Of a stretch of DNA of 64,000 nt, positions 37,161 through 50,023 are shown one piece after another; position 1 is the stretch's first letter; each line of letters opens with the position of its first letter. The stretch covers positions 64,852,001 to 64,916,000 of the forward strand of contig NC_042999.1 of assembly GCF_006345805.1 (NCBI RefSeq). The letters run 5' to 3'. Below the pieces are notes generated by a model. The model was not told where the DNA came from, ran no database searches, and was given only the letters and a program-made list of their open reading frames with translations. A program made the position numbers and the translations under genes. Source of the DNA: Octopus sinensis. Lineage: Eukaryota.

Positions 37161-37670
37161 TGTCTGTCTGTCTGTAGATGTGTGTGTTTATGCATACATA
37201 TATACATATATACGTATATACACACACACAAAAGCACTCGCGCGCACACACCACACACACAAACGTATATGGTGAAAACATCAGAATCTGAAGGAAAAAT
37301 CTATTGATAAGACGATGCATAGACGGAAAACGAAACACGACTTGTCAGATAAATAAATAGACAAGCATAGCAAACAGCGTTGAGCTGAAATCAAATCTGA
37401 TTTGGAAACAGGGAAACAAGAGGGATTGTTTGAAGTCAAACTGTAAATCAATGAGTTAGGTAATTATACTTGTCCATACAAGTATAATGCAATTATACTG
37501 GTTTCTTACTAAATCCAGTTCTTTGTATGTTATAAGGGAGATGATGTTTTATGCTGGTAATAATAAAGGAGATTGCAGCTATTCATAGCCATCTTTTCCA
37601 GCAACGCGTATTGACAAGACTCAATGTAAATCTAGGATTTACATATCGTATCACTGACGCTTGCGAATCC

Positions 37671-37671
37671 A

Positions 37672-37714
<43 letters not shown>

Positions 37715-37778
37715 TCACCACCACCGCCGCCGCCGCTACTACTACTACTACTACTATCACCACCACCGCCGCCGCCGT

Positions 37779-37837
<59 letters not shown>

Positions 37838-37846
37838 ACTACTACA
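37671..37846. repeat. Compound (CTA)n-TCA-(CCA)n-(CCG)n array with a duplicated 39-bp block
   Basis: Direct reading. Confidence 0.95.
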
Positions 37847-38411
37847 ACAAAACCTGCACACTCACAAATGGTTTTCAGCGAATGATACGAGAGAAATCAA
37901 TATACGGGGATTGAAATTAACTTAAATGTTATCGATATGTAGACTTGTATGGGATATTGGCCATATAATATATATATAATATATATATTAATATATATAT
38001 ATATATATGTATATATATAATATATGTGTGTGTGTGTGTGTGTGAATATGTATGCACATACACATGCACACATATGCTTATATATCTATTCGTACTACAA
38101 CACACGTACAGACACACACAAGCGCACATACGCACACATATACGCACACGTATACACACACACGCGCACACGCTCAGATATCATATAATACAAAGCGGAA
38201 CGCAGAAATACGTACATTTCTTGAAATTAATTAAAAGAAGCCTTACAACAATACATTCTCTTCGACACAAGGTCGAATTACTTTATATAAAGCTTTTTGA
38301 AGAAATACAAGAATCCATTGAAAGAATTTTATCGATTACAAAACACCAACTGGTTAGTAAAAGGAATAGTGATATAACACACATTCATAATGGGGTTTGA
38401 TAACGCATATA

Positions 38412-38462
<51 letters not shown>

Positions 38463-38496
38463 ATATATATTATATACATATATATATATATATATA

Positions 38497-38560
38497 CTAG
38501 CTAAAGGTGAGCCGCTCTACGCGCGGGTAGAGTGTGGTTGTTACTTTCTGTTGCTTCCTT
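38497..38560 (-). mobile_element. Helitron-type 3' terminus
   Basis: Hairpin CTCTAC-CCGCGC-GTAGAG (38515-38532) 14 nt upstream of CTAG (38497-38500), followed by T. The 5' extent is unresolved. Confidence 0.6.
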
Positions 38561-38563
38561 TCA

Positions 38564-38873
38564 GCACGTAAAAAGCACCATCCGAACGTGGCCGATTGCA
38601 GCGCCGCCTTGACTGGCTTCTGTGCCGGTGGCACGTAAAAAGCACCAACCGATCGTGGCCGCTGCCAGCCCCCCTGGCACCTGTGCCGGCGGCACGAAAA
38701 ATGCACCCACTACACTCACAGAGTGGTTTGCGTTAGGAAGGGCATCCACCTGTAGAAACGCTGCCAGATCAGACTGGAGCCTGGTGCAGCCTCCTGGCTT
38801 CCCAGACCCCGGTCAAACTGTCCAACCCGTGCTAGCACGGAAAATGGACGTTAAACTATGATGATGATGATGA
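38564..38873 (+). mobile_element. SINE family E, 5'-truncated, with tandem 61-67-bp units and (TGA)n tail
   Basis: GCACGTAAAAAGCACC-type units start at 38564, 38631 and 38692. Central GCGTTAGGAAGGGCATCCACCTGTAGAAA resembles the MetaSINE domain (from memory). Ends GGACGTTAAAC(TGA)n. Confidence 0.8.
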
Positions 38874-39180
38874 TTCTCCCTCTTTGTTTCTCTCTCCTTT
38901 CTCTCTCACTTTCCCACTCTGTTACTCTTCCTTTCTCTCGGACTCTCCCTCACTTTATCTATCTCTCTCCCATTTATAAACAACAAAATATCTTGAGTAA
39001 GTTGAGAAATAAAATATTTAGAAAGATCAATCATAAATATCAGGCAGTAACAACGGAAAGGTCTGCTTCAAGGCAGACAGCAAAACACTAACATTTAAAA
39101 GGGACAGACGAAGTTGCGAGCTGAATAAAAATAATAAAATATTGGAAACCAAAGTTTGAAGGGATAGAATTTGAGGATAG

Positions 39181-39432
39181 TAGAGTCACCAAGGCTGGCA
39201 TTTCTTAACGACGGACAGCAACGTATTGACAGTTTAACGGCTGGCGTAAAATTTGGACCTTGATGTAAAAGAAAATCCCTAAACACCAAATTTTGAAGTG
39301 ATTCTTTCTCACGACAGTAGACTCACCATGGCAAGCATTCAAAACTTCTTCATCATGGACGGCAACACATTGACGATTAAAAGGCTGGCACAAATTTTTT
39401 AGCTTGATGTAACAGAGAATTCCTAAACAACC
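39181..39432. repeat. Two diverged ~137-bp tandem units, possibly internal to the Helitron
   Basis: Units start TAGAGTCACCA (39181) and TAGACTCACCA (39318) and share TTGAC..GGCTGGC..CTTGATGTAA..CCTAAACA. Confidence 0.7.
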
Positions 39433-39663
39433 GCTTCTTTAAATTTTAATCCCCTTCCAGCCCCATTTAGACCCCTTTTCACATTTTGGTTAATATAACC
39501 CGATTTCATTCGGGTCTACTGGAGCCACATTTTATAAGATGAGGAATTTTGTCCTAGAGGTCACGCGTTTCATTTGAGGAAAAAAAAATAGTTGTCATGC
39601 AAACTTGCCAGCACTTTTAACATAGGTGTGCATATTTTCAGCTCAACCGACCACATAATGCAC

Positions 39664-39709
<46 letters not shown>

Positions 39710-40582
39710 GTGTGTGTGTGTGTGTGTGTGTTGGAGTCTTTCTCATACGTGAGCGTTGACGCTGAATTCGACTGGTAAGCAGGTAACCTTGTGTTTGTTC
39801 AAATAGTTGTGAGCTGCTGGAGTTATTTCTCTGACGGGTAATAGGAATTTCCATATCCTCCGAGGAAACGAACTGTTGACCCAGACAATTAAAATTAATT
39901 TTAATAAAAGCATCAATTTAAGAAAAAATAATAAAGTAGTAAGAAATGAAAATTTAGCACGAAAAATTTGCAGGGTTCTAAATAAATGTTAAATTGTAAT
40001 AGATACTAAAAACCTACGTTATCACCAGAACACGAACGCTCGTTGGTGTGTTCTGTTTGTATTTGCTCCATCGGCGCGTTGACAGGCAGATAATAGAATG
40101 CGATGGCGAGATTCATAATATTTATTCTCATGATTGTGTTGTGGTGGTGGTGGCGATTATAATTCTCTATATGAATGCAGACAGCGAGATATAGAAGGAC
40201 GTTTGAGAAAGTGATAGTGATGGGAATGTAGGAAATAGAGTGAGTGAAAAAGTGCGAGGAAGACAGATACATTAAAGAATGAGAGTGGACTTGTCAAAGT
40301 GGGTTTTTGGCCCTAGCAACGACACCTTTTAAGATAGGGATTTCTAAGGTAGCCCACGGGCATCGTCACCTCATTTTACATGTCCCTGTAAATTTTGGAG
40401 TCAATCCGACGGGATGTAGTGGCCTTGAAAGCGATCCAAGCGGTCCAAACGCATTTCAGTTTTATATATAGATATATATATATATATCATGCATATATAT
40501 ACTACATGCATGCACACACACACAAACACTCACACAATACATGCAGGTGTGTATATATAGAGGGAGGCAATTATGCGGATGT

Positions 40583-40875
40583 GGAGGCACAGGGCCTAGT
40601 GGTTAGAGCAGCGGACTCGTGGTCGAGGGATCGCGGGTTGAAATCTGAGACCGGGCGATGTGTGTGCTTATGAGCGAAAGCACCTAAGCTCCACGCGGCT
40701 CCGGCAGAAGGTAATGGCGAAAGTCTGCTGACTCTTTCGTCACAACTTTTTCTCATTCTTTCCTGCTGCATTTTGCAGTTCACCTGCGACGGACTGGGGA
40801 ACCTATACGAGAAAGGTAACCGGGAAACCGGCCCTTATGAGCCAGGGTTGGCTCGAGAAAGAACAAACTACAACA
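40583..40875 (+). mobile_element. SINE family C, full length
   Basis: Aligns to 31796-32078. Confidence 0.9.
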
Positions 40876-42341
40876 ATTATGTGGATATATAAATTAAATA
40901 CATCAAATGCATTACATATATTAGATATATTGATTGTATTGGTTTGGGTATGAAATACAAAATATGTGTATATGTATACATGCAAAACTAGAAAAAAAAA
41001 ATCATTTTTAAAAATTTCAATGTTGACAAATTAAAATGTTTCAATGTTGATAAATTAACATGTTCAAAACCGAAGGTGTAAGTTTGAATGTTCATAGCTG
41101 TGTATCTATTTGTTTGAATGTACAAAATTCATTAATTTTAGAGGTGGTCGACAAGTCATGCTGAAAAAATACAGCATAAAAGATGGGAATTTAGTTTACA
41201 GTTTTTCTGATCCTCTTCTAATAGACGCTTTCAAGTTTATATGCCACCTTCTATTGGCATATAAACTCTCCCTATATATATACACACACACATACAAATG
41301 CGTATTTCAGTCTGGACTGGGCCAACATTCATACACACACAGACGTAAACCCACACACATATGTATATGTATGCATACACATATTCATATATTGATTATG
41401 TATATTTATTGATTATACATATATTTTAATAAAGCAATTCGGGTACGCTAGCCACGAAAGAGTTGATAGGAATCGGCAACTGAAATTTCGCTCGACAAGT
41501 AAAAAGCGATAGACATTAAGTCACAGTGTAGGTAGGTAATTATTTCCACCACGAACAACACGATAAACACGGATCTGTCGTGTACTGTACCAAGCATAAG
41601 TCATAACTTATCTGATGACGAAGATTAAGAATTATCGATAAATATTTTATGCCAACGTCATCCTGGATCACGATCGGCTATATTGACGAAAATTACCCGG
41701 ATGTACATGAATATTTTATGGACGCGCATCAACTTTTAAATTAGAATATAAATGCAATTTTGATGACATATATATAATATATGAGCAAAACGCCCCCGTC
41801 CAATGGACGGCGCTGAGTTGTCAAGCATTTAAACCAAATTTTCTCAGAACAACTTGTCCGACCGTCCCATAGGCCTCCCCTTTGAGAAACACTGATTTAA
41901 CATAAATTTGAGACAACAGTAAAAGAAGAAATAAAGATAGACTTTTTCTATTCCAAAGAAAAACCGATTTTATTTACACAAATATGCAACCGAAGAGTTT
42001 AAAGTACCAGTAATGATAAGGCTGTTGACTGAGAGAACACAAACATGGTTTAAACAGAAAGCTTGGCAGGAAAGAAACGTGCCTTTAAGCAGTACAAAAA
42101 CAACAAAGAATGGAAGGTGCAGTTATGTACAGGTTGACGGAAGAAAAGCAGGACAAAAACGATGCGTGCAAATGGGTTAGCTGGAGGTAAATCTAGATAG
42201 AAAAGCATGATGAATTTATGAGAACGTACCTGGGACAATAATAAGTTTATCCGATAAAACATGTAGGAAATCAACTTGGAGCGATTTTTGATGAAATGCG
42301 ACAACCTAGGGAACTAAGTAACTAATTTTGAGCTAACTTAC

Positions 42342-42421
42342 CTTACGGGATGTTCAAGGGCATGGGAAATCAAATGGAGCACAGCCTTGTAAACCACATT
42401 CCTTGTTACTCCGTCTGGAGC
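42342..42421 (-). CDS. Candidate 80-nt exon
   Basis: Acceptor CCTTTTCTATTAG and donor AAG|GTAAGT; GC above background. The single open frame is APDGVTRNVVYKAVLHLISHALEHPV. Confidence 0.4.
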
Positions 42422-42680
42422 CTAATAGAAAAGGTTTGTCGAACAGGCAACCCAAGTATCGATCGCAACAACCGATGTACTTGCGCGTACAAATGCACGT
42501 TCTTTATGTTACTTGTCCTGTTTTCCATCTATTTCTCTCGTTGTTTGCGTTTTGAATTCATTTGTTTCGTATCTGTTTTTCGTCGTTTACTGTTGGTGAC
42601 AGCCTGTACCCATATATGCATATGTATGTAGTATGATGTATGTATGTATGTATGTATGTATGTATGTTTGTATGTATGTA

Positions 42681-43069
42681 CTCCAAATAAGCAACAAGAA
42701 TATCTTCGGTAATTTGGTACGATCATTTCGGGGTACATCATTTTATGAAACATTGTAAGTATTACAATGAATATCCTTCCCCACCTTCTAGCAGTTCAAA
42801 ATAACTTAACAAATATTCTTCAGTCAGAAGATAAATTCTATTACCTTAATGTTCTTAAAATTCAAATCGACATCTCTGTCTATATATCCTATCCTCCTTA
42901 TAATGTTATCAATTAATTTGAAAATATATATTAATGGGAAACCCCTATAAATGGCTGATGATTGCTCAACATTTTAAAACTGTTGTAATACTTACAACGT
43001 TTAATAAAATGATGTAGCGTGAAACGATCGTACCAAATTACCGAAGATATTCTTGTTGCTTATTTTGAT
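42681..43069. mobile_element. 389-bp Tc1/mariner-type MITE
   Basis: 87-bp imperfect TIRs (42681-42767 / 42983-43069); TA at 42679-80 and 43070-71. Confidence 0.85.
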
Positions 43070-43166
43070 TATAATCACTCCATGGATTTATATGGATAGC
43101 AGCCTACAAAATTCTGGTGCATCTAACTTAAGTACCATATTCCATTTGAATCTAAATTTTGCTGAA

Positions 43167-43211
<45 letters not shown>

Positions 43212-43649
43212 ATATGCTTATATATATTTATTTTATTATTTGATTGATTGCCATGTATCGATTTCAAAGTAAGTTTATCTCATATATATATATATATATA
43301 TTGTAACTAAATTCTGTTTTTAATTACTTGCTTTGAAGTTTTGCATTCGGTACAATTTGTTTATTTTAGTAGTTTTGACTGCAAGAGTCCCTCCTAGCAT
43401 GCGGTACCTATGAATAATAGTACCCTCTATATAATATATATATATTTATGATTAAGAATTTGTGTTGCAAGATTCCTGATTTGAAACAGATATCGTTGTA
43501 TATCGGGATGGTTTTTTGTTTTTGCCAAATATACACACAATACATATTCCTTCTTACCTCATTTATTATAACTCGTGTCCATTGTCCTGAAACCTTTCGT
43601 CATACATCTGTGACCTGTTCAGTGACACTTTCTGTGTTCGTGTGTGCTC

Positions 43650-43882
43650 CTGCTCCTACTCCGCTTAGCCATCACCCTTGTGGGTCATTGGGGCATTGTA
43701 GCCACGCAGCGTATCTAGGGCATGAAACCCTAGCGGAAGCTTGTCCTTTCCAGGTTAAACTAGTTTCTACAACCGAGTGGACTGGAACAACGTGAAGTGA
43801 AGTGTTTTGCTCGCCTGGTCTAGGAATCGAAACCAAAATCTTACGATCGTTAGTCCAACACCCTAACCACTAAGCCACGTGC
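43650..43882 (-). mobile_element. SINE family D-type head and central domain with a different tail
   Basis: Reverse complement GAGGCACGTGGCTTAGTGGTTAGG..GGTTTCGATTCC..GAGCAAAACACTTCACTTCACGTTGTTCCAGTCCACTC. Confidence 0.75.
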
Positions 43883-43894
43883 CTCTACTGTATG

Positions 43895-43928
<34 letters not shown>

Positions 43929-44172
43929 TGTATGTATGTATGTATGTATGTATGTGTGCGTGTGTATGTGTACACGCACACAGACACACACACACACACA
44001 TATATACATACATTATTAGTTGATTCTCTGTCTGAAGAATTTGTAATAAAAAGTTTCTTACCTTTTTAACCATGTACAGTTTTGTGATTCATATTAGCAA
44101 ATAAAGCTTGTGAAATAGTGAATTATTAACATCCAAAAATATTCCAATATACTTATTTTGCTTTACATATAT

Positions 44173-44807
44173 TTATTTCTTTACTACCCACAAAGGGCTA
44201 AACACAGAGAGGACAAACAAGGACAGACAAACGGATTAAGTCGATTATATCGACCCCAGTACGTAACTGGTACTTATTTAATCGACCCCGAAAGGATGAA
44301 AGGCAAATTTCGACCTCGGCCGAATTTGAACTCAGAACGTAGTGGCAGACGAAATACCGCTAGGAATTTCGCCCGGCGTGCTAACGATTCTTATGTCTTT
44401 ATTGCCCACAAGGGGCTAAACAGAGAGGGGACGAACAAGGACAGACAAAGGGATTAAGTCGATTATATCGACCCCAGTGCGTAACTCGTACTTAATTTAT
44501 CGACCTCGAAAGGATGAAAGGCAAAGTCGACATCGGAGGAATTTGTACTCAGAACGTAACAGCAGACGAAATACCTATTTCTTTACTACTCACAAGGGGT
44601 TAAACATAAAGAGGACAAACAAGGACAGACAAACGGATTAAGTCGATTACATCGACCCCAGTGCATAACTGGTACTTATTTAATCGACCCCGATAGGATG
44701 AAAGGCAAAGTCGACCTCGGCGGAATTTGAACTCAGGGCGTAACGGCAGACGAAATACGGCTACGCATTTCGCCCGGCGTGCTAACGTTTCTGCCAGCTC
44801 GCCGCCT
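44173..44807 (-). mobile_element. SINE family B head-to-tail trimer
   Basis: Monomers ~44575-44807 (full head), ~44395-44575 (starts at TATTTCG) and ~44173-44392 (starts at AATCGTTAGC). Confidence 0.92.
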
Positions 44808-45849
44808 TACATATATTCACATATATTCACAACAAAATAGAGATCATGCTGTAAAAACACATAAGAACAAAATAATATGGAAAAAAACAAGAAAATTTAG
44901 ATGTTACACTGCACTGAAGTCATGAAAGGACTTCAGTATCACTGTATATTCTAAGTCTATTTCACTTCATATTTGTTTGTGATTTTGATAGAAGGTCGCA
45001 AGTTTGAAGGGAGTGGGTTATTCGATTAAATTGACTGCATTTCTTGACTGATACCTTAATTTCTCGGCCTTGGGATGGATGAAAGAAAAGTAATCTAGGT
45101 AGTATTGAAGCATAGACTATAAAGGGCCGTAACTACACGGAGCAAAGCATTTTGTCTTAAGCTCTGGCTATTCTACTAAACGGCTACCTTTATTGTGTTC
45201 TCAGAATATTATAAATGTTTCTGCTCTTTGATTCCTAAATGTTTAATACAAAGTGATGGATATTGTTTACTTGATATAAATACCGCCTAGACAATAGTGT
45301 GTGTGTGTGTGTTTATGTCTATGTGTGTGCATACTTGTTTGTGCAGTTAAACGTTTAAATGCACTATCAAACAACGCCGTTTTGTTACTAAATACTTAAG
45401 AAACACACTAATGCTACATCATCTGTCGTTATGTACAGCAATCGAGCGACTTCAAACATTTAGAACGAAGCAAATCGAACAGCTTTCTTTCTTTAGACCA
45501 ATAGGGCGAAGTATGTTTAATGGAAAATCTATGATTTCCATTAAACGTATTTTTCGCACCTTCCTCTGCGTGCGTGTGTGTGTATGTGCACGGGCCTGTG
45601 TGTGCGTGTGTGTGTGGTCTTTGTGTGTATGTTTGTATGTGTGTGTGCGTGCGTGCGCACCGGTGTTCAGGAAGAATTACAGACAGTCACACTCTTACAA
45701 CTGAAATGTAAAGCTAAAGCGCTGTGAATTGACAGAATTTTTAAGTACGTAGGATAAAAACCCACAACGCAATCTTTTCCTCTTTCGAAGATCAGGGTTC
45801 AAATTCCTCAAAGGTAATCTTTGTTTTACTTTCGTAAGTTGGGGGCTGT

Positions 45850-46155
45850 GGAGGCGCAATGTCCTAGTAGTTAGGGCAAAGGACTCGCGGTCAGAGGATC
45901 GCGGCTTCGATTCCCAGACCGAGCTTTGTGTGTGTTTATTGAGCGAGAACACCTAAAGCTTCACGATGCTCCGGCAGGGGGTTGGGAGTGGCGACCCCTG
46001 TTGTACTCTTTCGCCCCAACTTTCTCTCACTCTTTCTTCCTGTTTCTTGACTAACGCTGCGATGGACTGGCGTCCCGTCCAGCTGGGGGGAACACATACG
46101 CCATAGAAACCGGGAAACCGGGCCCATGAATCTGGCTAGGCTTGAAAAGGGCGTA
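45850..46155 (+). mobile_element. SINE family C head with an alternative tail
   Basis: Head aligns to 31796 and 40583; tail aligns to 24838-24940. Confidence 0.85.
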
Positions 46156-47295
46156 TAAATAAACAAAATTTTGGGGGCTAATAAATGAAATACCAATTCT
46201 GATTTCGATTCTTCATTCTTTCTCGATGTTATACCCGTTAAAGAAAGGCACTGCCTTGTTACATATCTTATCTCGCTTACCCGGCCTGAGAAATATCTGA
46301 AGCACAAACGTATCTTCGAAAGACTCGGCAACTTAAACATTCATTTCCATTGTAGGAATTCTATAGGTCAAACAAATGAATGCTCAGCATTCACAGAGAA
46401 TATGTCATCACATAGAACCACATGCATCGTTATTTGTTCAATATTCTATTCTTGTAAACTCGGGGACAAAAATCGATATTTTTTTATCAATATATTCGAT
46501 ATATTTATGTAGAATTATGAATTCATATTTTTATGAATATATTATTTCTGGACAAAGACTTTACAATTTATTCTTGCTGTTGGCTCGCAAATAGAAGTGA
46601 CGAATGTTTGTTTGCATGCTATATTCGTATATTATATTTATATATCTGAATATTTCATTCGCCGGTTGAAACCTTTAACTCCTATCATTTGAAATATTTT
46701 TATATTCGAGTAAAAAAAAATATCTTCATTTCTATACAAAACTTTACATGACTGAACGGAGAGCGTTGTGAAGAGTAAAGATTTACTGATTTTATATGCT
46801 CCTTAGGGCGCTCTTACAACTCAACACATTGGGGCAATGTCAACTACAGTAGCCTCCGGTCGAATAATTAAAAGAGAGCTTTTGGGAAACCGGGTTCATC
46901 TGTTTGGAATCGAAACGTACATGCCCAATGCAGTCCGTGATACATCGAATACTATTTTGTTACCGTGCGGTGATTCTCTTCCACATATTGTTTCAAATTT
47001 ATTAAATTGTATGCCCTGCCATACGAACTTGGAGTTGGCTCTCGTTTTATACACCAATAATATGCCCTTTCATGCAGAGGCATATCCAGGTTCTTAAGTT
47101 GGTTGGAACGAGCAGATAAAAAAGATGCCATGACACATACCAAACAATTTAAAACTAATTTCTCTTACGTTACAGTTATTGGTAACTAAGGATCGAAAAA
47201 AAAAAAAAACTGGTGAAAAGGCGCCAATTTTGAAAAATGTTTCCTTTCTTCCTCTATTAGTTACGCCATTGGTTTCATGGTTCAATTGTAATATA

Positions 47296-47455
47296 GGCGC
47301 AGGAGTGGCTGTGTGGTAAGTAGCTTGCTTACCAACCACATGGTTCCGGGTTCAGTCCCACTGCGTGGCACCTTGGGCAAATGGCTTCTACTATAGCCTC
47401 GGGCCGACCAAAGACTTGTGAGTGGATTTGGTAGACAGAAACTGAAAGAAACCCG

Positions 47456-47524
<69 letters not shown>

Positions 47525-48400
47525 CAAAGAATTCCATCTCTGGGACGTAACACACCAACGTCGGTTGTCAAGCGATGTTGGAGGGACAAACGCAGACACA
47601 CAACACACACACACATACACACACATGCACACACACACACACACACATATATATAGGGGTTTGTATGATTGTCTATAGAGCGATATACATTATTCAAAGA
47701 ACTTTCAACTCTGTTTTTTATGTTTTATTTATATTCTTTATAATATTAATGTAGAATATAGAAATATATAGTATAAATAATATATATATAGTAAAATGAA
47801 ATGAAGTATTGATTGTCTTATTGAATAGATGAAATATTGAATATAAAATATTAAGGGACTAGTATACCTTCTTGCATTATAGCAGTCTTCAAGGTCCCAG
47901 GTTGTGACAGGAGTGTTTCAACTGTGTCTAGTCAACTGTATACTAGTCCCTTAATATTTTATATTCAATATTTCATTTATTCAATAAGACAATCAATACT
48001 TCATTTCATTTTACTATATATATATATATTATTTATACTATATATTCTATATTCTACATTAATATTATAAAGAATATAATTAAAACATAAAAAACAAAGT
48101 TGAAATTTCTTTGAATAATATATATCCCTCTATACACAATCATACAAACCCCTATATGTGTGTGTGTGCGTGTGCGTGCGTGTGTGTGTGTGTTTGTGTG
48201 TCTGTGTTTGTCTCTCCAACATCGCTTGACAACCGACGGTGGTGTGTTTACGGCCCCGTTACTTAGCGGTTCGGCAAAAAAGACCGATTGAATAAATACC
48301 AGGCTTACAAAGAATAAGTCCTGGGGTCGATTTACTCGACTAAAGGCGGTGTTCCAGCATGGCCGCAGTGAAATGACTGAAACAAGTAAACAAGTAAAAG
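47296..48400 (+). mobile_element. SINE family A interrupted by a fold-back duplication
   Basis: 5' half 47296-47460; 3' half ~48180-48400. Confidence 0.88.
47542..48256. repeat. ~715-bp inverted duplication: ~320-bp arms and a 70-nt spacer (47868-47937)
   Basis: GGGACTAGTATAC (to 47867) mirrors GTATACTAGTCCC (from 47938). The arms extend through the CA/TG tracts into SINE A sequence. Confidence 0.93.
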
Positions 48401-48541
48401 AGAGAGTAATGAGTAAATAGTAGTCGAATTCTTCCTAACTCAGTTGCGATTAATCCAACGTCTGGCCAGATCGGAGAGTCCTTTGATTAATTTTCAGACG
48501 TAGTTCGTCCAAGACGACACACACTAATAAGCCTGTGGTGT

Positions 48542-48750
48542 AGCGAGCTGATAGAGTCATTAGCACGCTAAACAAAGTACTTAGCGGCATTTCGTCCGTC
48601 AGTTTACGTTCTGAGTTCAAATTCTACCAAGGTCGACTTCGCCTTTCATTCTATTGGGGTCGGTGAAAAAATTATCAGTCAAGAACTGGGATACACGTGA
48701 TCGACTAGTTCCCTCCTGCCTTCAAATTTTAGGTCTTGTGTTCCTAGTAG
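48542..48750 (+). mobile_element. Older SINE family B-related copy
   Basis: GCGAGCTG..TTAGCACGC..GAGTTCAAATTCTACCAAGGTCGAC. Confidence 0.8.
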
Positions 48751-49832
48751 TAACGATTATCTATGTTCGTCTATTCTTAGTATCAAAGAGCAAGACTTAT
48801 GAGAGACTTAGCTGTTTTATCTAGTATTTTGAGGGGCTGTAGAGAATCCTTACATTTTCTATCTCTCCCCTTTTCTCTTTCTCTCTCTTGGTTGCTTCGT
48901 AAATTGCGTGATTTTCTCCTCGTTAAGTGGTAATGTTTAAAACCTTAATTTGATTTTGGATTACAAGCAGGCTGGTCTACTAGCTACACCGCCAATGCTT
49001 AAAGTGTAACCTTTCAAATATTAAAGAGATTAAGAGATAATCTAAGATACATTACAACGTCAAGTTAATGGTTTGGAATTAAGAAATGCCTCAGTGATTG
49101 AACATTTAGATTTAACATCTTAATATTTGCACTTAAGAGTCGATCCTCTCCGTAAACAGAATTTGACATGATAAGCAGATTAAATGGATTGACATATTAT
49201 GCTTAGAATACATTTTGTAATCGAGACAGACATATGGTTTTAACAAATGCTATAATTTCGTTTTATATACTTTAAAGATTGGTTGTTAGTTTCTGTCACC
49301 AATTTGTTTTGAAATTAAATATTTATAAATAGCGTTTTAAAGTAAAACGATTCCTGTACAAAATGCATTCAAATGAATTACATCACACACACACACACAT
49401 ACACGCACACACACACACACACACACTACACACATGCACAAAACGCCTCCAAAACTAAACTAGTTCCCTTCTCTTGCTTTCGTTCTTTGTTTACACACAC
49501 TCACATAGATGTTTCTATACACGTACATATTCACACATTCACACTCACAGTCAAACGCACACTCGCACTCACACACAAACACACAAATATAAACACACAC
49601 ACACACACACACAGGTATTTACCGATCAACTTGATTCTACTTGCGCTTTAGAGTCACGCCATCAGTGAATGTTCCGTTGTTACTCTTAAACATACAATAA
49701 AATAACTTTATTTTAGCATTCATATGCATTATATACATAGTTATGTAATAGAAGTAGATGTAAGGATATGCACATTAGACAGATCACTACATGAAGTGTA
49801 TTAAATACATGAAATACAAAAATGCGTATAAA

Positions 49833-49887
<55 letters not shown>

Positions 49888-49909
49888 TCTATATATATAT
49901 CTATCTATA

Positions 49910-49944
<35 letters not shown>

Positions 49945-49945
49945 A

Positions 49946-50021
<76 letters not shown>

Positions 50022-50023
<2 letters not shown>

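Noticed and set aside
41612-41640. CTGATGA hammerhead-like core
   Set aside because: No helix II followed by GAAA, and no helices I or III.
41870-41896. TTTGAGAAACACTG hAT-like terminus
   Set aside because: No matching opposite end found.
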